Below are positions 30,665 to 39,988 of a stretch of 64,000 bases of DNA, one piece after another. Below the pieces are notes generated by a model. That model searched no databases and was not told where the DNA came from. It was given only the letters and a program-made list of their open reading frames with translations. Where the stretch lies: positions 1,888,001 to 1,952,000 of the forward strand of contig CAUVXB020000002.1 in assembly GCA_963555825.3 (NCBI GenBank), in the 5' to 3' direction. This DNA comes from Alphaproteobacteria bacterium. GTDB taxonomy: Bacteria; Pseudomonadota; Alphaproteobacteria; JAAXGF01. How positions within the stretch are numbered: the stretch's first letter is position 1; every line of letters begins with the position of its first letter. The translations under genes were made by a program, and so were the position numbers.

Positions 30665-31264
30665 GTGGCCCGGAAACCCACCGACCCGCTCGCCGCGCTC
30701 ATTGCAGAGGTGCGCGCCTGCCGGGTCTGCGAAGCACATCTGCCGCTCGGGCCACGCCCAATACTGAGTGCTGAGGCGGGTGCGCGCCTGATGATCATCG
30801 GCCAGGCGCCGGGCACGCGGGTGCATGAATCGGGCGTGCCGTGGGACGACGCCTCGGGCGACCGGCTGCGCGACTGGCTGGCGATCGAGCGCGACGTCTT
30901 CTATGACGCCGGCCGCGTCGCCATCGTGCCGATGGGTTTTTGCTATCCGGGGCGCGACAAGAACGGCGGCGATGCGCCGCCCAGGCCGGAATGCGCACCG
31001 CTGTGGCATGCGCGGTTGCGCGCCGAGCTGCCCAACATCGCGCTGACTCTGCTCGTCGGGCGCTACGCCCAAGTGCAATATTTGGGCCGCGCCGCGGGCA
31101 AGAGCGTAGTCGAGACGGTGCGCGCCTGGCGCGATCACATGCCCGCCTATCTGCCGCTGCCGCACCCGTCGTGGCGGACCCGGTCGTGGGCCAAGAAGAA
31201 CCCGTGGTTCGAGACCGAGGTCATCCCCGCGCTGCGCGCCGAGCTGCGCCGGCTGCTCGGCTGA
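30665..31264 (+). CDS. Uracil-DNA glycosylase family protein
   Basis: IGQAPG..VH.SG.PW.DASG.RLR.W, PMGFCYPG, LPHPSWR. Confidence 0.9.
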   Translation: MARKPTDPLAALIAEVRACRVCEAHLPLGPRPILSAEAGARLMIIGQAPGTRVHESGVPWDDASGDRLRDWLAIERDVFYDAGRVAIVPMGFCYPGRDKNGGDAPPRPECAPLWHARLRAELPNIALTLLVGRYAQVQYLGRAAGKSVVETVRAWRDHMPAYLPLPHPSWRTRSWAKKNPWFETEVIPALRAELRRLLG

Positions 31265-31268
31265 CACC

Positions 31269-31775
31269 ATGCCGGTGCTCGACGATGTCCTGGCGCCGGG
31301 CTTGCGCGCCGTCATCTGCGGCTCGGCGGCGAGCGCCGCCTCGGCGCGCGCCGGCGCCTATTACGCCAACCCACAGAACCGTTTCTGGCGCACGCTCCGC
31401 GAGGTCGGGCTGACGCCGCGCGAGCTGGCGCCGACCGAGTTCCGACATCTGATCGACCACGGCGTCGGCCTGACCGATCTCGCCAAGGAGGAGTCGGGCG
31501 CCGACCGGACGCTTTCGCGATCAGCCTACGATGTCGATGGCTTGGCCGCGCGGATGGCGCCGCTGACGCCTGGCGCGCTGGCCTTCAACGGCAAGACACC
31601 GGCCAAGGCCTTCTTCGGCGAGGCTGGCTTGACGTATGGCCGGCAGGCGCATGGGCTCGGCGCGATCCCGGTCTTCGTGCTACCGTCGACCTCGCCCGCG
31701 GCGCGGCGTTATTGGGACATCGCGCCGTGGCACGAATTTGCGGATTTTGTCAAAGGAATCAAAGCCGAGCGATGA
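31269..31775 (+). CDS. Mismatch-specific uracil/thymine DNA glycosylase (Mug-like)
   Basis: L.DVLAPGL....G, YANPQNRFW, VLPSTS. Confidence 0.85.
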   Translation: MPVLDDVLAPGLRAVICGSAASAASARAGAYYANPQNRFWRTLREVGLTPRELAPTEFRHLIDHGVGLTDLAKEESGADRTLSRSAYDVDGLAARMAPLTPGALAFNGKTPAKAFFGEAGLTYGRQAHGLGAIPVFVLPSTSPAARRYWDIAPWHEFADFVKGIKAER

Positions 31776-32560
31776 ACGACGACGCGATCTTCACGCCCGG
31801 GCTGCTCGACGGCCGATGTGCCCTGATCACCGGTGGCGGCAGCGGCATCGGCCTGGCGGTCGCCCGCGAGCTGGGCGGCCTGGGCGCCCGCGTGGTGATC
31901 GCCGCGCGCGGCGCCGAACGGCTTGTCGCCGCAACGGAAAGCCTGCGCGCTGCCGGCATCGACGCCACGGCGCATGCCGTCAACATCCGCGACGAGTCGC
32001 AGGTCGCGGCGCTGTTCGACGCCATCGCCGACAGCCACGGCCTGCCCGATCTCCTGGTCAACAACGCCGGCGGCCAGTTCGCCGCCGACGCGCTCGACAT
32101 CTCGGCCAACGGCTTCCGCGCCGTCGTCGACCTCAACCTCAACGGCACCTGGCATATGAGCTCGGCCTTCGCGCGGCGCGCCGTCGAGGCCGGCCGGGCC
32201 GGGCGCATCGTCAATATCGTGCTGGTCACCGCCGGTCCCAAGCCGGGCAACGCGCATGGCGCCGCGGCACGCGCCGGCATCATCCACCTGACCAAGACGC
32301 TGGCCTTCGAATGGGCGCGCCACGGCATTCTGGTCAACGCCATCGCACCGGGTACGATCGAGACCGAGGGGCTCGACCAGTACAACCCGGCAGACATCGA
32401 CGCCGCGATCCGGCGCCTGCCGATCAAGCGTTTCGGCCGGCCGCGCGAGGTCGCGCTGATGGTCGCGTACCTGGCCTCGCCGGCCGGTGATTTCATCACC
32501 GGCGCAATGTTCGACGTCGACGGCGGCGCACACCTTGTCGGTCCGGCGCGCGAGGCATGA
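31772..32560 (+). CDS. SDR-family oxidoreductase
   Basis: TGGGSGIG, NNAGGQF, NAIAPG. Confidence 0.9.
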   Translation: MNDDAIFTPGLLDGRCALITGGGSGIGLAVARELGGLGARVVIAARGAERLVAATESLRAAGIDATAHAVNIRDESQVAALFDAIADSHGLPDLLVNNAGGQFAADALDISANGFRAVVDLNLNGTWHMSSAFARRAVEAGRAGRIVNIVLVTAGPKPGNAHGAAARAGIIHLTKTLAFEWARHGILVNAIAPGTIETEGLDQYNPADIDAAIRRLPIKRFGRPREVALMVAYLASPAGDFITGAMFDVDGGAHLVGPAREA

Positions 32561-33261
32561 GCGTAGCGATCGAGGCCGTGCTGTTCGACAAGGACGGCAC
32601 GCTGGTCGATTTCGAGAAGACCTGGACGCCGGCCTATCGGGCGGCCGCCGAGGAACTGGCGAGCGCGGCCGGCGCGCCCGGCCTCGGCGATCGCCTGCTG
32701 GCGCGCGCCGGTTACGACGGCGACACGCTCGATCCCGATTCGCTGCTCGTCTCGGGCACCAACGCGGAAATCGCGGCGCTGTGGTCGACCGAGCCCGAGC
32801 TCGCCGGCGTGGCCGGCGTCGCGGCACGCATCGACCGCGTCTTCAACGAACACGCGGCGCGCGCGCCGGCGGCGATCGACGACTTGGGCGGATTGCTGGC
32901 GCGCTTGCGCGGCCGCGGCCTCAAGCTCGGCATCGCGACCAACGATTCGACCGCCGCGGTGAGCGCATGGGTCGCAGCAGCTGGTTTCGGGTCAACGTTC
33001 GATTTCGTCACCGGCGCCGACGCCGGCTACGGCGGCAAGCCCGAACCGGGCATGGTGCACGCGTTCTGCTACGCGGTCGGCGTCGCGCCGGGCGCGGTGG
33101 CGCTGGTCGGCGATTCGGTGCACGACATGCGGACCGCGCGCGCCGCCGGCTGCGGCCTCGCAGTCGCCGTGCTGACCGGCGTCGCGGGGCACGATTGGCT
33201 GGCGCCCCACGCCGACGTCGTCATCGCCTCGATCGCCGAGCTCGAGGAGGTACTCGGCTGA
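32557..33261 (+). CDS. HAD-family hydrolase
   Basis: FDKDGTL, ATND, KPEPG, VGDSVHD. Confidence 0.9.
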   Translation: MSVAIEAVLFDKDGTLVDFEKTWTPAYRAAAEELASAAGAPGLGDRLLARAGYDGDTLDPDSLLVSGTNAEIAALWSTEPELAGVAGVAARIDRVFNEHAARAPAAIDDLGGLLARLRGRGLKLGIATNDSTAAVSAWVAAAGFGSTFDFVTGADAGYGGKPEPGMVHAFCYAVGVAPGAVALVGDSVHDMRTARAAGCGLAVAVLTGVAGHDWLAPHADVVIASIAELEEVLG

Positions 33262-33494
33262 TCCATGGTATGACGCCCCACGCGACCTCCATGTCCAGCC
33301 CGCGATCGACATCCATGTCCAGCCCGCGACGATGACACCGGCGTCGATGCGGTATAAATTTAGTAAATTTTTACTAAAAATATTGAAAAATGAGAATCAA
33401 ACGACTCCGGGGATCAGACGTCTCCGTCGAAGGGTCCGTGGTTGTTTTGCTGGCGGCCTGGAATGGGCGCCGGGATCGGGCGCGAGCGCGTGGC

Positions 33495-33920
33495 CTAGAA
33501 GACGCCGAGGCTCCAGGCGGCAGCCTCGAGGCCGCCGGCGAACAGCGCGGTGGCGCCGACCGCGGCGAGGCCGTATTGGCACCAGATGTCGAGGTCGTCC
33601 CACAGCCGCATCGGGCCATAGCCCTTGACCAGCGGCCGTCTCGGCGCCGGCGGCGCGCCGTAGCGCGTCGTCGTGACGGCGATGCCGCGGGCGTGCGCGC
33701 GGCGCCAGGCGGCGTTCATCAGCGCCGGCTGGTCGTCCCTGAACTTACGCTGCAGGCGGCGGACGACGCTGGGGTCGGGGCCCGCGACGCGCCGGATCGC
33801 GGCGGTCTTGCTCGATTTCTCGCCCGAGACGAGCAGATCGGCGATGCGCGCGAGCGTCGCCGCATCGTCGAGGCAACTGCCCACGGGCCGGCCGCGCGGT
33901 CGTTTGTCTTGCTCTACCAT
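33495..33920 (-). CDS. Hypothetical protein (AT-hook-like RPRGRP start, C-terminal hydrophobic segment)
   Basis: AAGGGGAG RBS upstream; 141-aa ORF. Confidence 0.5.
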   Translation of the reverse strand: MVEQDKRPRGRPVGSCLDDAATLARIADLLVSGEKSSKTAAIRRVAGPDPSVVRRLQRKFRDDQPALMNAAWRRAHARGIAVTTTRYGAPPAPRRPLVKGYGPMRLWDDLDIWCQYGLAAVGATALFAGGLEAAAWSLGVF

Positions 33921-34066
33921 GTACCGTACTCCCCTTGATGAGCGCGAGGTTACGTTACGGATGGCATGAAGATACGCCGCCGCAAGCGGAAGTGAAGCGA
34001 TTTAAAATCGCCGCCGGTTTCGCTCCGGCGACAATAATCCGCGGGCGGCCGCCTCGCCGCTACCGG

Positions 34067-34321
34067 TCACTGGATGCCGAGCATCTCCTTGGCCTTGGCC
34101 AGCGTCTTGACCGATTTGCTGTGCTTGCCCGATTTGTGCTGCTTCTCACCCTTTTCGCGCAGCGCCGCGACCTCGTCCTTCTTGTCCTGGCTGAGCGTCA
34201 TGTCGGCGCCGCTGGCGAGCGCGACGTCGATACTCTTCATGTCGACCGGGCACTGCCCGGCGAGTGCCGGCGCGGCGAACAGCATCAGCGCGGCGGCGGC
34301 GGTCAGCGTCGTGAGTCTCAT
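34067..34321 (-). CDS. Small secreted protein
   Basis: GGGAGG RBS, signal peptide, CP.DM..ID motif. Confidence 0.75.
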   Translation of the reverse strand: MRLTTLTAAAALMLFAAPALAGQCPVDMKSIDVALASGADMTLSQDKKDEVAALREKGEKQHKSGKHSKSVKTLAKAKEMLGIQ

Positions 34322-34372
34322 AGTCTTTTCCTCCCGAAGATTGTCAGCGATACAGCATAGGCCGCCGCGACC

Positions 34373-35008
34373 TCAAAGCAAATAGCGGCGGATCGTTGCC
34401 GCCATGGTCGCGGCGTCCAGGATCGGCGGCAGCAGCGTCAGGAACGCGCCGCCGGGGCCCATCAGGTAGACGTAAGTGCCGTGGCTCATGATGATGCGGC
34501 CGTCGGCGGCGCGCGCGATCGGCTGCGCCCGGACGCGGTAGGCCTTGGCCACGCGGTCGAGCTGATCGATGCTGCCGGTCAGCCCGATCAGCCGCGGATG
34601 GACCGCCGCGACGTAGGTCGCAATCGCCGCCGGCGTATCGTTCTCGGGATCGACGGTGATGAACAGCGGCTGTACCCGCGCGCCCGCCGCGCCGAGCCGG
34701 TCGAGCGCCTCGGCCATGCGCTGGAGCCCGACCGGACAAATGCCGTCGCACGACGTATAGCCGAAGAAGACCAGCATATAGCCGTCGCCGAAGTCGGCGT
34801 CTGTGCGCGGCGTTCCGGTGTGATCGACGAGCGCGAACGGGCCGCCGATCTCGAAGGGAAACGGCGTGTCGTCCTCGGTCGTCGTCGGCGCCACGGTCGC
34901 GCCTTGGCGTTCGGCGCCATGCGCCCAGACGCCGCCGGCGAACCCGAGAGCGAGCGCGGTCGTCAGCGCGGCGCGCGCGGTCAGTCGAAGGCGGCGCAAC
35001 GCGCGCAT
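34373..35008 (-). CDS. SCO-family copper chaperone
   Basis: GGPFALVDH.G, FFGYTSCDGICP, ITVDPEND, conserved His. Confidence 0.9.
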   Translation of the reverse strand: MRALRRLRLTARAALTTALALGFAGGVWAHGAERQGATVAPTTTEDDTPFPFEIGGPFALVDHTGTPRTDADFGDGYMLVFFGYTSCDGICPVGLQRMAEALDRLGAAGARVQPLFITVDPENDTPAAIATYVAAVHPRLIGLTGSIDQLDRVAKAYRVRAQPIARAADGRIIMSHGTYVYLMGPGGAFLTLLPPILDAATMAATIRRYLL

Positions 35009-35550
35009 CACTCCGCGAGGAACTTCTTGTCGGCCTCGAGGCCGAGGCCCAGGATGCCGTCGCGCGCGAGCCGCGCCTTGACCTCGGGGTCGTTGCGGAA
35101 CCACTGCTTGGCCTGTTTGCTGTCCGCCGCGACGCCGTTGGCCTCGGCCCATTTGGGCGTGAAGCGGTTGGCGCGGCGCCACTTGCCGTCGGGCGCCTCG
35201 CGGACGAACTGCAGCGCGAAGATGGTCAGCCCGCGGTTGGTCGTGAGCAGCCCGTCGGCGGTAACGCGCTTGCCGCAGAAATCGGCCAGCTCGGCGGTCG
35301 CGCCGGCGAAGGCGACGAAGTTCTTGAAGACGGGCAAGAGCTTGCCGTCGTCGGTCACCAGGCCAAGCTGGCGCGCACCGCCGCCGCAGTCGGCCGGGCA
35401 ATCGCCGGTCAGTTCGCACAACAGGTCGACGACCGTGGCGTCGAAGCGCGTCGTCTGCTCTTCGATCAGGCCCCATGACTCGGCCGCCAGCGCCAGGGCC
35501 GGCGCCAGCAGCAACGATGCCGCGAGGGCGGCGCGGACGATGCGTTTCAT
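35008..35550 (-). CDS. Conserved periplasmic protein with Cys cluster
   Basis: Signal peptide; VD.LCELTGDCPADCG.G motif. Confidence 0.75.
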   Translation of the reverse strand: MKRIVRAALAASLLLAPALALAAESWGLIEEQTTRFDATVVDLLCELTGDCPADCGGGARQLGLVTDDGKLLPVFKNFVAFAGATAELADFCGKRVTADGLLTTNRGLTIFALQFVREAPDGKWRRANRFTPKWAEANGVAADSKQAKQWFRNDPEVKARLARDGILGLGLEADKKFLAE

Positions 35551-35554
35551 GGCG

Positions 35555-35992
35555 CTACTTCCCGAACGGCTGGATGCCGTAGTCTTCATGGGTCTGGTTG
35601 ACGATGCCCTCGTCGGTGATGACGCGGTCGACGAGCAGGTATCTCATGCCGTCGCGCAGATAGAGATCGCCGTCGACGCGGACCCTATGCGACTGGATAT
35701 CGAGCACCTTCGGATTGGCCACGCTGGTCGTGTCGTCGCCCAACTTGAGCACCAGGTAGACCTCGCCGTCGTCGCCCAGGATGCCGACCGGGATGCCGCC
35801 GGCCGCGCACCACAGCGCGCATTGGTGATGCGCCGTCCCCTCGGGGTACATGATCTCGGAGATGTAGCACCAGGAATCGATGACCTCGCCGGTCACCTCG
35901 ACGCGTTGCGGCGCCGCAGCCTGGGCCACCGTCGTCCACAGGGCCGCGGCCGCCGCGACCATCGTGGCCGTCGCCCACGCGTGTCTCTTCAT
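35555..35992 (-). CDS. Conserved periplasmic protein (DSWCY...HHQCALWCAAGGIP)
   Basis: Signal peptide, His/Cys cluster, operonic with SCO gene. Confidence 0.75.
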   Translation of the reverse strand: MKRHAWATATMVAAAAALWTTVAQAAAPQRVEVTGEVIDSWCYISEIMYPEGTAHHQCALWCAAGGIPVGILGDDGEVYLVLKLGDDTTSVANPKVLDIQSHRVRVDGDLYLRDGMRYLLVDRVITDEGIVNQTHEDYGIQPFGK

Positions 35993-36195
35993 GAACCGTC
36001 CTCCCACAGATGCACCCCGATTCGGATGCGAACGCTTCTCGATGGGCCCGAGTCATACCACCATTCGCGGCGGCTCTTGAAGTGGCTCGCGCAAACGTGA
36101 CATCGCGGCGCCAAATGTGAAATCGCGGTTGCAATCGTCGGAGCCGCTTGGGAACATGCCCGCCTTATCGCGCCGTCAGTCAGGGAGGGACTACC

Positions 36196-37308
36196 ATGGA
36201 CGTTCGCGCCGCCGTCGCGCACAAGGCCGGAGAGCCGCTCAGCATCGAAACCGTCCAGCTCGACGGGCCGAAGGCCGGCGAGGTGCTGGTCGAGGTCAAG
36301 GCCACCGGCATCTGCCACACCGACGCGTTCACACTGTCGGGCGGCGACCCGGAAGGCCTGTTCCCTTCGATCCTGGGCCACGAGGGCGCCGGCGTCGTCG
36401 TCGAAATCGGGCCCGAGGTGTCGAGCGTCAAGCCGGGCGATCACGTCATTCCGCTCTATACGCCCGAGTGCCGGCAGTGCGAATACTGCGTGTCGGGCCG
36501 GACCAACCTGTGCCAGGCGATCCGCGTCACGCAGGGCCAGGGCGTCATGCCCGACGGCACCAGCCGCTTCTCGCTCGGCGGCGAAAAGCTATACCACTAC
36601 ATGGGCACCTCGACTTTCGCCAACTACACGGTGCTGCCCGAGATCGCGCTCGCCAAGATCCGCGAGGACGCGCCGTTCGACAAGGTCTGCTACATCGGCT
36701 GTGGCGTGACCACCGGCCTCGGCGCGGTGATCAACACGGCCAAGGTCGCGCCTGGCGACAATGTCGTGATCTTCGGCCTCGGCGGTATCGGCCTGAACGT
36801 CGTCCAGGGCGCGCGGCTGGTTGGCGCCGACATGATCGTCGGCGTCGATCTCAATCCCAAGCGCCAGGCGTTGGCCGAGACGTTCGGCATGACCCACTTC
36901 GTCAACCCGACCGAGGTCGAGGACGATCTGGTGGCTCATCTGGTCGAGCTGACGGGCGGCGGCGCCGACCATTCCTTCGAGTGCATCGGCAACGTCGACG
37001 TCATGCGTCAGGCGCTCGAATGTTGCCACAAGGGCTGGGGCGAGAGCACCATCATCGGCGTCGCCGGCGCCGGCCAGGAGATCGCGACCAGGCCCTTCCA
37101 GCTGGTCACCGGCCGGGTCTGGCGCGGCACCGCGTTCGGCGGCGCCAAGGGACGCACCGACGTGCCGCGCATCGTCGATTGGTACATGGACGGCAAGATC
37201 AACATCGACGACCTGATCACCCACACCATGCCCTTGGACGACATAAACGACGCCTTCGACCTGATGCACGCCGGCGAATCGATCAGGAGCGTGGTATTGT
37301 ACGACTGA
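36196..37308 (+). CDS. frmA: S-(hydroxymethyl)glutathione dehydrogenase / class III ADH
   Basis: [39 protein letters not shown]. Confidence 0.97.
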   Translation: MDVRAAVAHKAGEPLSIETVQLDGPKAGEVLVEVKATGICHTDAFTLSGGDPEGLFPSILGHEGAGVVVEIGPEVSSVKPGDHVIPLYTPECRQCEYCVSGRTNLCQAIRVTQGQGVMPDGTSRFSLGGEKLYHYMGTSTFANYTVLPEIALAKIREDAPFDKVCYIGCGVTTGLGAVINTAKVAPGDNVVIFGLGGIGLNVVQGARLVGADMIVGVDLNPKRQALAETFGMTHFVNPTEVEDDLVAHLVELTGGGADHSFECIGNVDVMRQALECCHKGWGESTIIGVAGAGQEIATRPFQLVTGRVWRGTAFGGAKGRTDVPRIVDWYMDGKINIDDLITHTMPLDDINDAFDLMHAGESIRSVVLYD

Positions 37309-37353
37309 ACCTTGACGGTTAATTTGATCCAATGAACTAGCGAGGAGGAGGGG

Positions 37354-37791
37354 ATGGCTCATAAGTACGCTGGAGGATGCGACCACATACACACCCACTC
37401 GGACAACGATCCGATCGACAATCACACCTGCCACTGCTCTGTCTGTAAGCGTGTCACCGGTCAGGATACGACCCACGTCGTATTCTTCAATCACGGCGAT
37501 TTGGTGGTCGATAACGCTGACAGCTTGAACCGCCAACCCTTCAACGATCAAAACCCGAATGGGCCATTGGAGCTGTGCACTTGTGCAAGCTGCGGCACGC
37601 CAATCATGCTCGATGACAAAGAGGGGCGAATTCGGGCGATCGTGCCAAACCTTATGGGTTACGACCCAAACAGCCTGCCGGCGACCTATCATGCCTTTTA
37701 TGATCCGGCCAGTGGTGCCCCGGCGCCGAATGACGGCCGTCCTGTCCATGAAGGGTTGCGACCTGAATTTGTCTGGCCAGAGTCAGCATAA
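37354..37791 (+). CDS. GFA-family (glutathione-dependent formaldehyde-activating-like) protein
   Basis: Y.GGC, CHCSVCKR, C..CGTP zinc motifs; GAGGAGG RBS; lower GC than neighbours. Confidence 0.8.
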   Translation: MAHKYAGGCDHIHTHSDNDPIDNHTCHCSVCKRVTGQDTTHVVFFNHGDLVVDNADSLNRQPFNDQNPNGPLELCTCASCGTPIMLDDKEGRIRAIVPNLMGYDPNSLPATYHAFYDPASGAPAPNDGRPVHEGLRPEFVWPESA

Positions 37792-37921
37792 AGAGCGCTT
37801 CTCTGATGGAAACACTCCAACCGCCCCGCACCGGCATACTGGTGTGGGACGGTTTCTTCGCCTGGACCTATCACGCTGGCGAATCGATCAGGAGCGTGGT
37901 GATCTACTAACCCAGGGCGCC

Positions 37922-38620
37922 GTGGACCTCGAACTCGTCAGCTTCAAGCTCTGCCCGTTCGTCCAGCGCTCGGTCATCACGCTGAAGCGCAAGGCCGCGC
38001 CGTATTCGATCCGCTACGTCGACCTGGCCGACCCGCCCGACTGGTTCCTCGCCCTGTCGCCGGCCAGGAAGGTGCCGCTGCTCGTCGTCGACGGCACGGA
38101 CGTGGTGTTCGAGTCCGCCGTCATCAACGAGTTCGTCGACGAGGTGACGCCGGGTTGACTGCATCCCGAGGACCCGCTCGCCCGCGCGCTGAACCGAAGC
38201 TGGATCGAGTTCGGCGCGGGCGCGCTCACCGAGACGCTCCACATGACCACGGCCGAGGACGCCAACGGCTTCGCCGCGGTGGTTGCGCGCTTTAACGCCA
38301 CGCTGGCCGCGGTCGAGACGGCGTTCGGCGACGGCCCGTTCTTCAACGGCGCGGATTTCTCGCTGGTCGACGCGGCCTATGCGCCGATCTTCATGCGCGC
38401 GCACTACATCGGCCGCCACGCGTCCGTGCTCGACGCCGCCGCGCTGCCCAAGCTCGCCGCCTGGGGCGCGCGTCTGCTCGCGCTCGACGCGGTGGCGCGA
38501 TCGGTGGTGCCCGACTTCGCCGTGCTCTACGACGACCTCATCCGCCGCCGCCATGGCTACCTGGCGACACTACTGCCCGGCCGCGACGCGCTCGATCCCG
38601 CCGGGATGAGCCGCTATTGA
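37922..38620 (+). pseudogene. Glutathione S-transferase with in-frame TGA at 38156-38158
   Basis: LCPFVQRS, KVPLL, FESAVINEF.DEVTPG*LHP.DPL.RA continue in one frame across the stop. Confidence 0.85.
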
Positions 38621-39106
38621 CCCTTTTGCGCGGCCAGCCGGTCGGCGATCAGCGAGAGCTGTTCGTGCATGATCACCATGCCGTTGAGCGAGGTGATGTT
38701 GTTCGGGTTGTCCTTGGTCGGCACGATGCACACGACGTCGCCGCCGATCACCTCGAGGCCGCGCAGCCCGTCGAGGATGGCGAGCACTTCTTCCATGATG
38801 AAGCCGGTGCCGTCGGGCTGGATGTTGGCCGCCGCCGGCGCCACGGTCGGGTCGAGGGCGTCCATGTCGAAGGTGATGTAGACCGGCGCGTCGCCGACCT
38901 GCTCGCGGATTATCTCGATCGTCCGCTCGACGCCGAGGGTCCGGTATTCCTGCATCTCGATGACGCGGTAGCCGATGTCATAGCTGGCGTCGCGGTAATC
39001 GAGCGAGGCGGTATTGCCGCGGATGCCGATCTGCACGCTGCGCGTCGGTAAGCGTTCGTTCAGGCCGTGGAATCAGCGCGGGCGTTTCCATTCGCCCCGG
39101 CCGATT

Positions 39107-39988
39107 TTAGCGATTGAGGGTGCGTTTCCAATCCCGTCGCAGGGGCCGGAGCCAGACATCCTTTTTAGGCTTGTCGGACTGCCTGTCCCGGTCGTAGCGC
39201 CCGCGCCCCTGGGTGGTCCCGACGCGGGTCCAGCCGGAGGCCCTGTAAACGGCGCCGGTGTAGCGCGGGGTCTCGACGAAGGTCTCGATGAGCACGGGCG
39301 TGGTGTTGTAGCGCTCGGTCCAGTCATCGGGCAGGCGCCGGCGGATGATGGCCAGGATGTGCGAACCCAGGTTGGGGATATTGATCCAGGGCAGGATCAG
39401 GAATCTCGGGTTGTCGACCACGAAGGGAAGGTTCTTCTCGCGCAGTTGCCGTGTCCATCCGATGAAGTTGTCGCGCGGGGCGAGCTTCCACGCGGCGGTG
39501 GAGAAGCCGAGCATGGCGAGCGGCCAGCCGTCGCGGTCGTGGACGGCGTAGCGCATCTGGGCGCCGACCAGGGTCTTGTATCCGAGATAGTGGTAGCGGG
39601 CGACGAACTCGTTCCAGAGCTTGCTCTCCCGGGTGCCGCGCACGACGGGGCGCAGGTCGAGCGGACGGACCTCGTCGAGGGTCGTCGGGGCCGGGAACAG
39701 CGGCGCTTCGGTGTCCGGCCCGAAGACGATCGGCCCGGGCCGGTTCTGCCGTCCCTGCGGCGCCGGCAGGGCGATCAGGCCGTCCCTGTGCATGGCCAGC
39801 ATGGCGACCCTGGCCATCATGTCCTTGAGGCCGCCGTCGGGCTTGAACCAGCCGATGCGCCGGCAGAACTCCTTCGACAGCATATGGCGGTTCAACGGCG
39901 GCGGCCCGGCGATCAGCGCGCGCAGCAGCGCCATTTCCCCGGCGGTGAAGTCGCGGCCGTAATAACGGCACTCGATCGCGCCGGTCAC
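39107..39988 (-). CDS. DUF4338 / Druantia DruA-like protein
   Basis: WNE...YHYLG, GF..AAW.L..RD.FIGW, N.RFLILPW, PVL.ETFV, G..YRA..W...G.T.GRG motifs; GTGA overlap with transposase stop. Confidence 0.8.
   Translation of the reverse strand: MTGAIECRYYGRDFTAGEMALLRALIAGPPPLNRHMLSKEFCRRIGWFKPDGGLKDMMARVAMLAMHRDGLIALPAPQGRQNRPGPIVFGPDTEAPLFPAPTTLDEVRPLDLRPVVRGTRESKLWNEFVARYHYLGYKTLVGAQMRYAVHDRDGWPLAMLGFSTAAWKLAPRDNFIGWTRQLREKNLPFVVDNPRFLILPWINIPNLGSHILAIIRRRLPDDWTERYNTTPVLIETFVETPRYTGAVYRASGWTRVGTTQGRGRYDRDRQSDKPKKDVWLRPLRRDWKRTLNR

Noticed and set aside
33281-33332. Short tandem repeat TCCATGTCCAGCCCGCGA x2 and nearby TTTAGTAAA/TTTACTAAA palindrome
   Set aside because: Only two units with no spacers, so not CRISPR; no function supportable.
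38156-38158. Selenocysteine or pyrrolysine readthrough at GST TGA and marC TAG
   Set aside because: The positions correspond to ordinary residues (likely Arg and Gln), not catalytic sites; simple nonsense changes explain them.
39107-39988. Complete Druantia system
   Set aside because: No DruE helicase or other dru genes nearby; the gene lies inside an IS.
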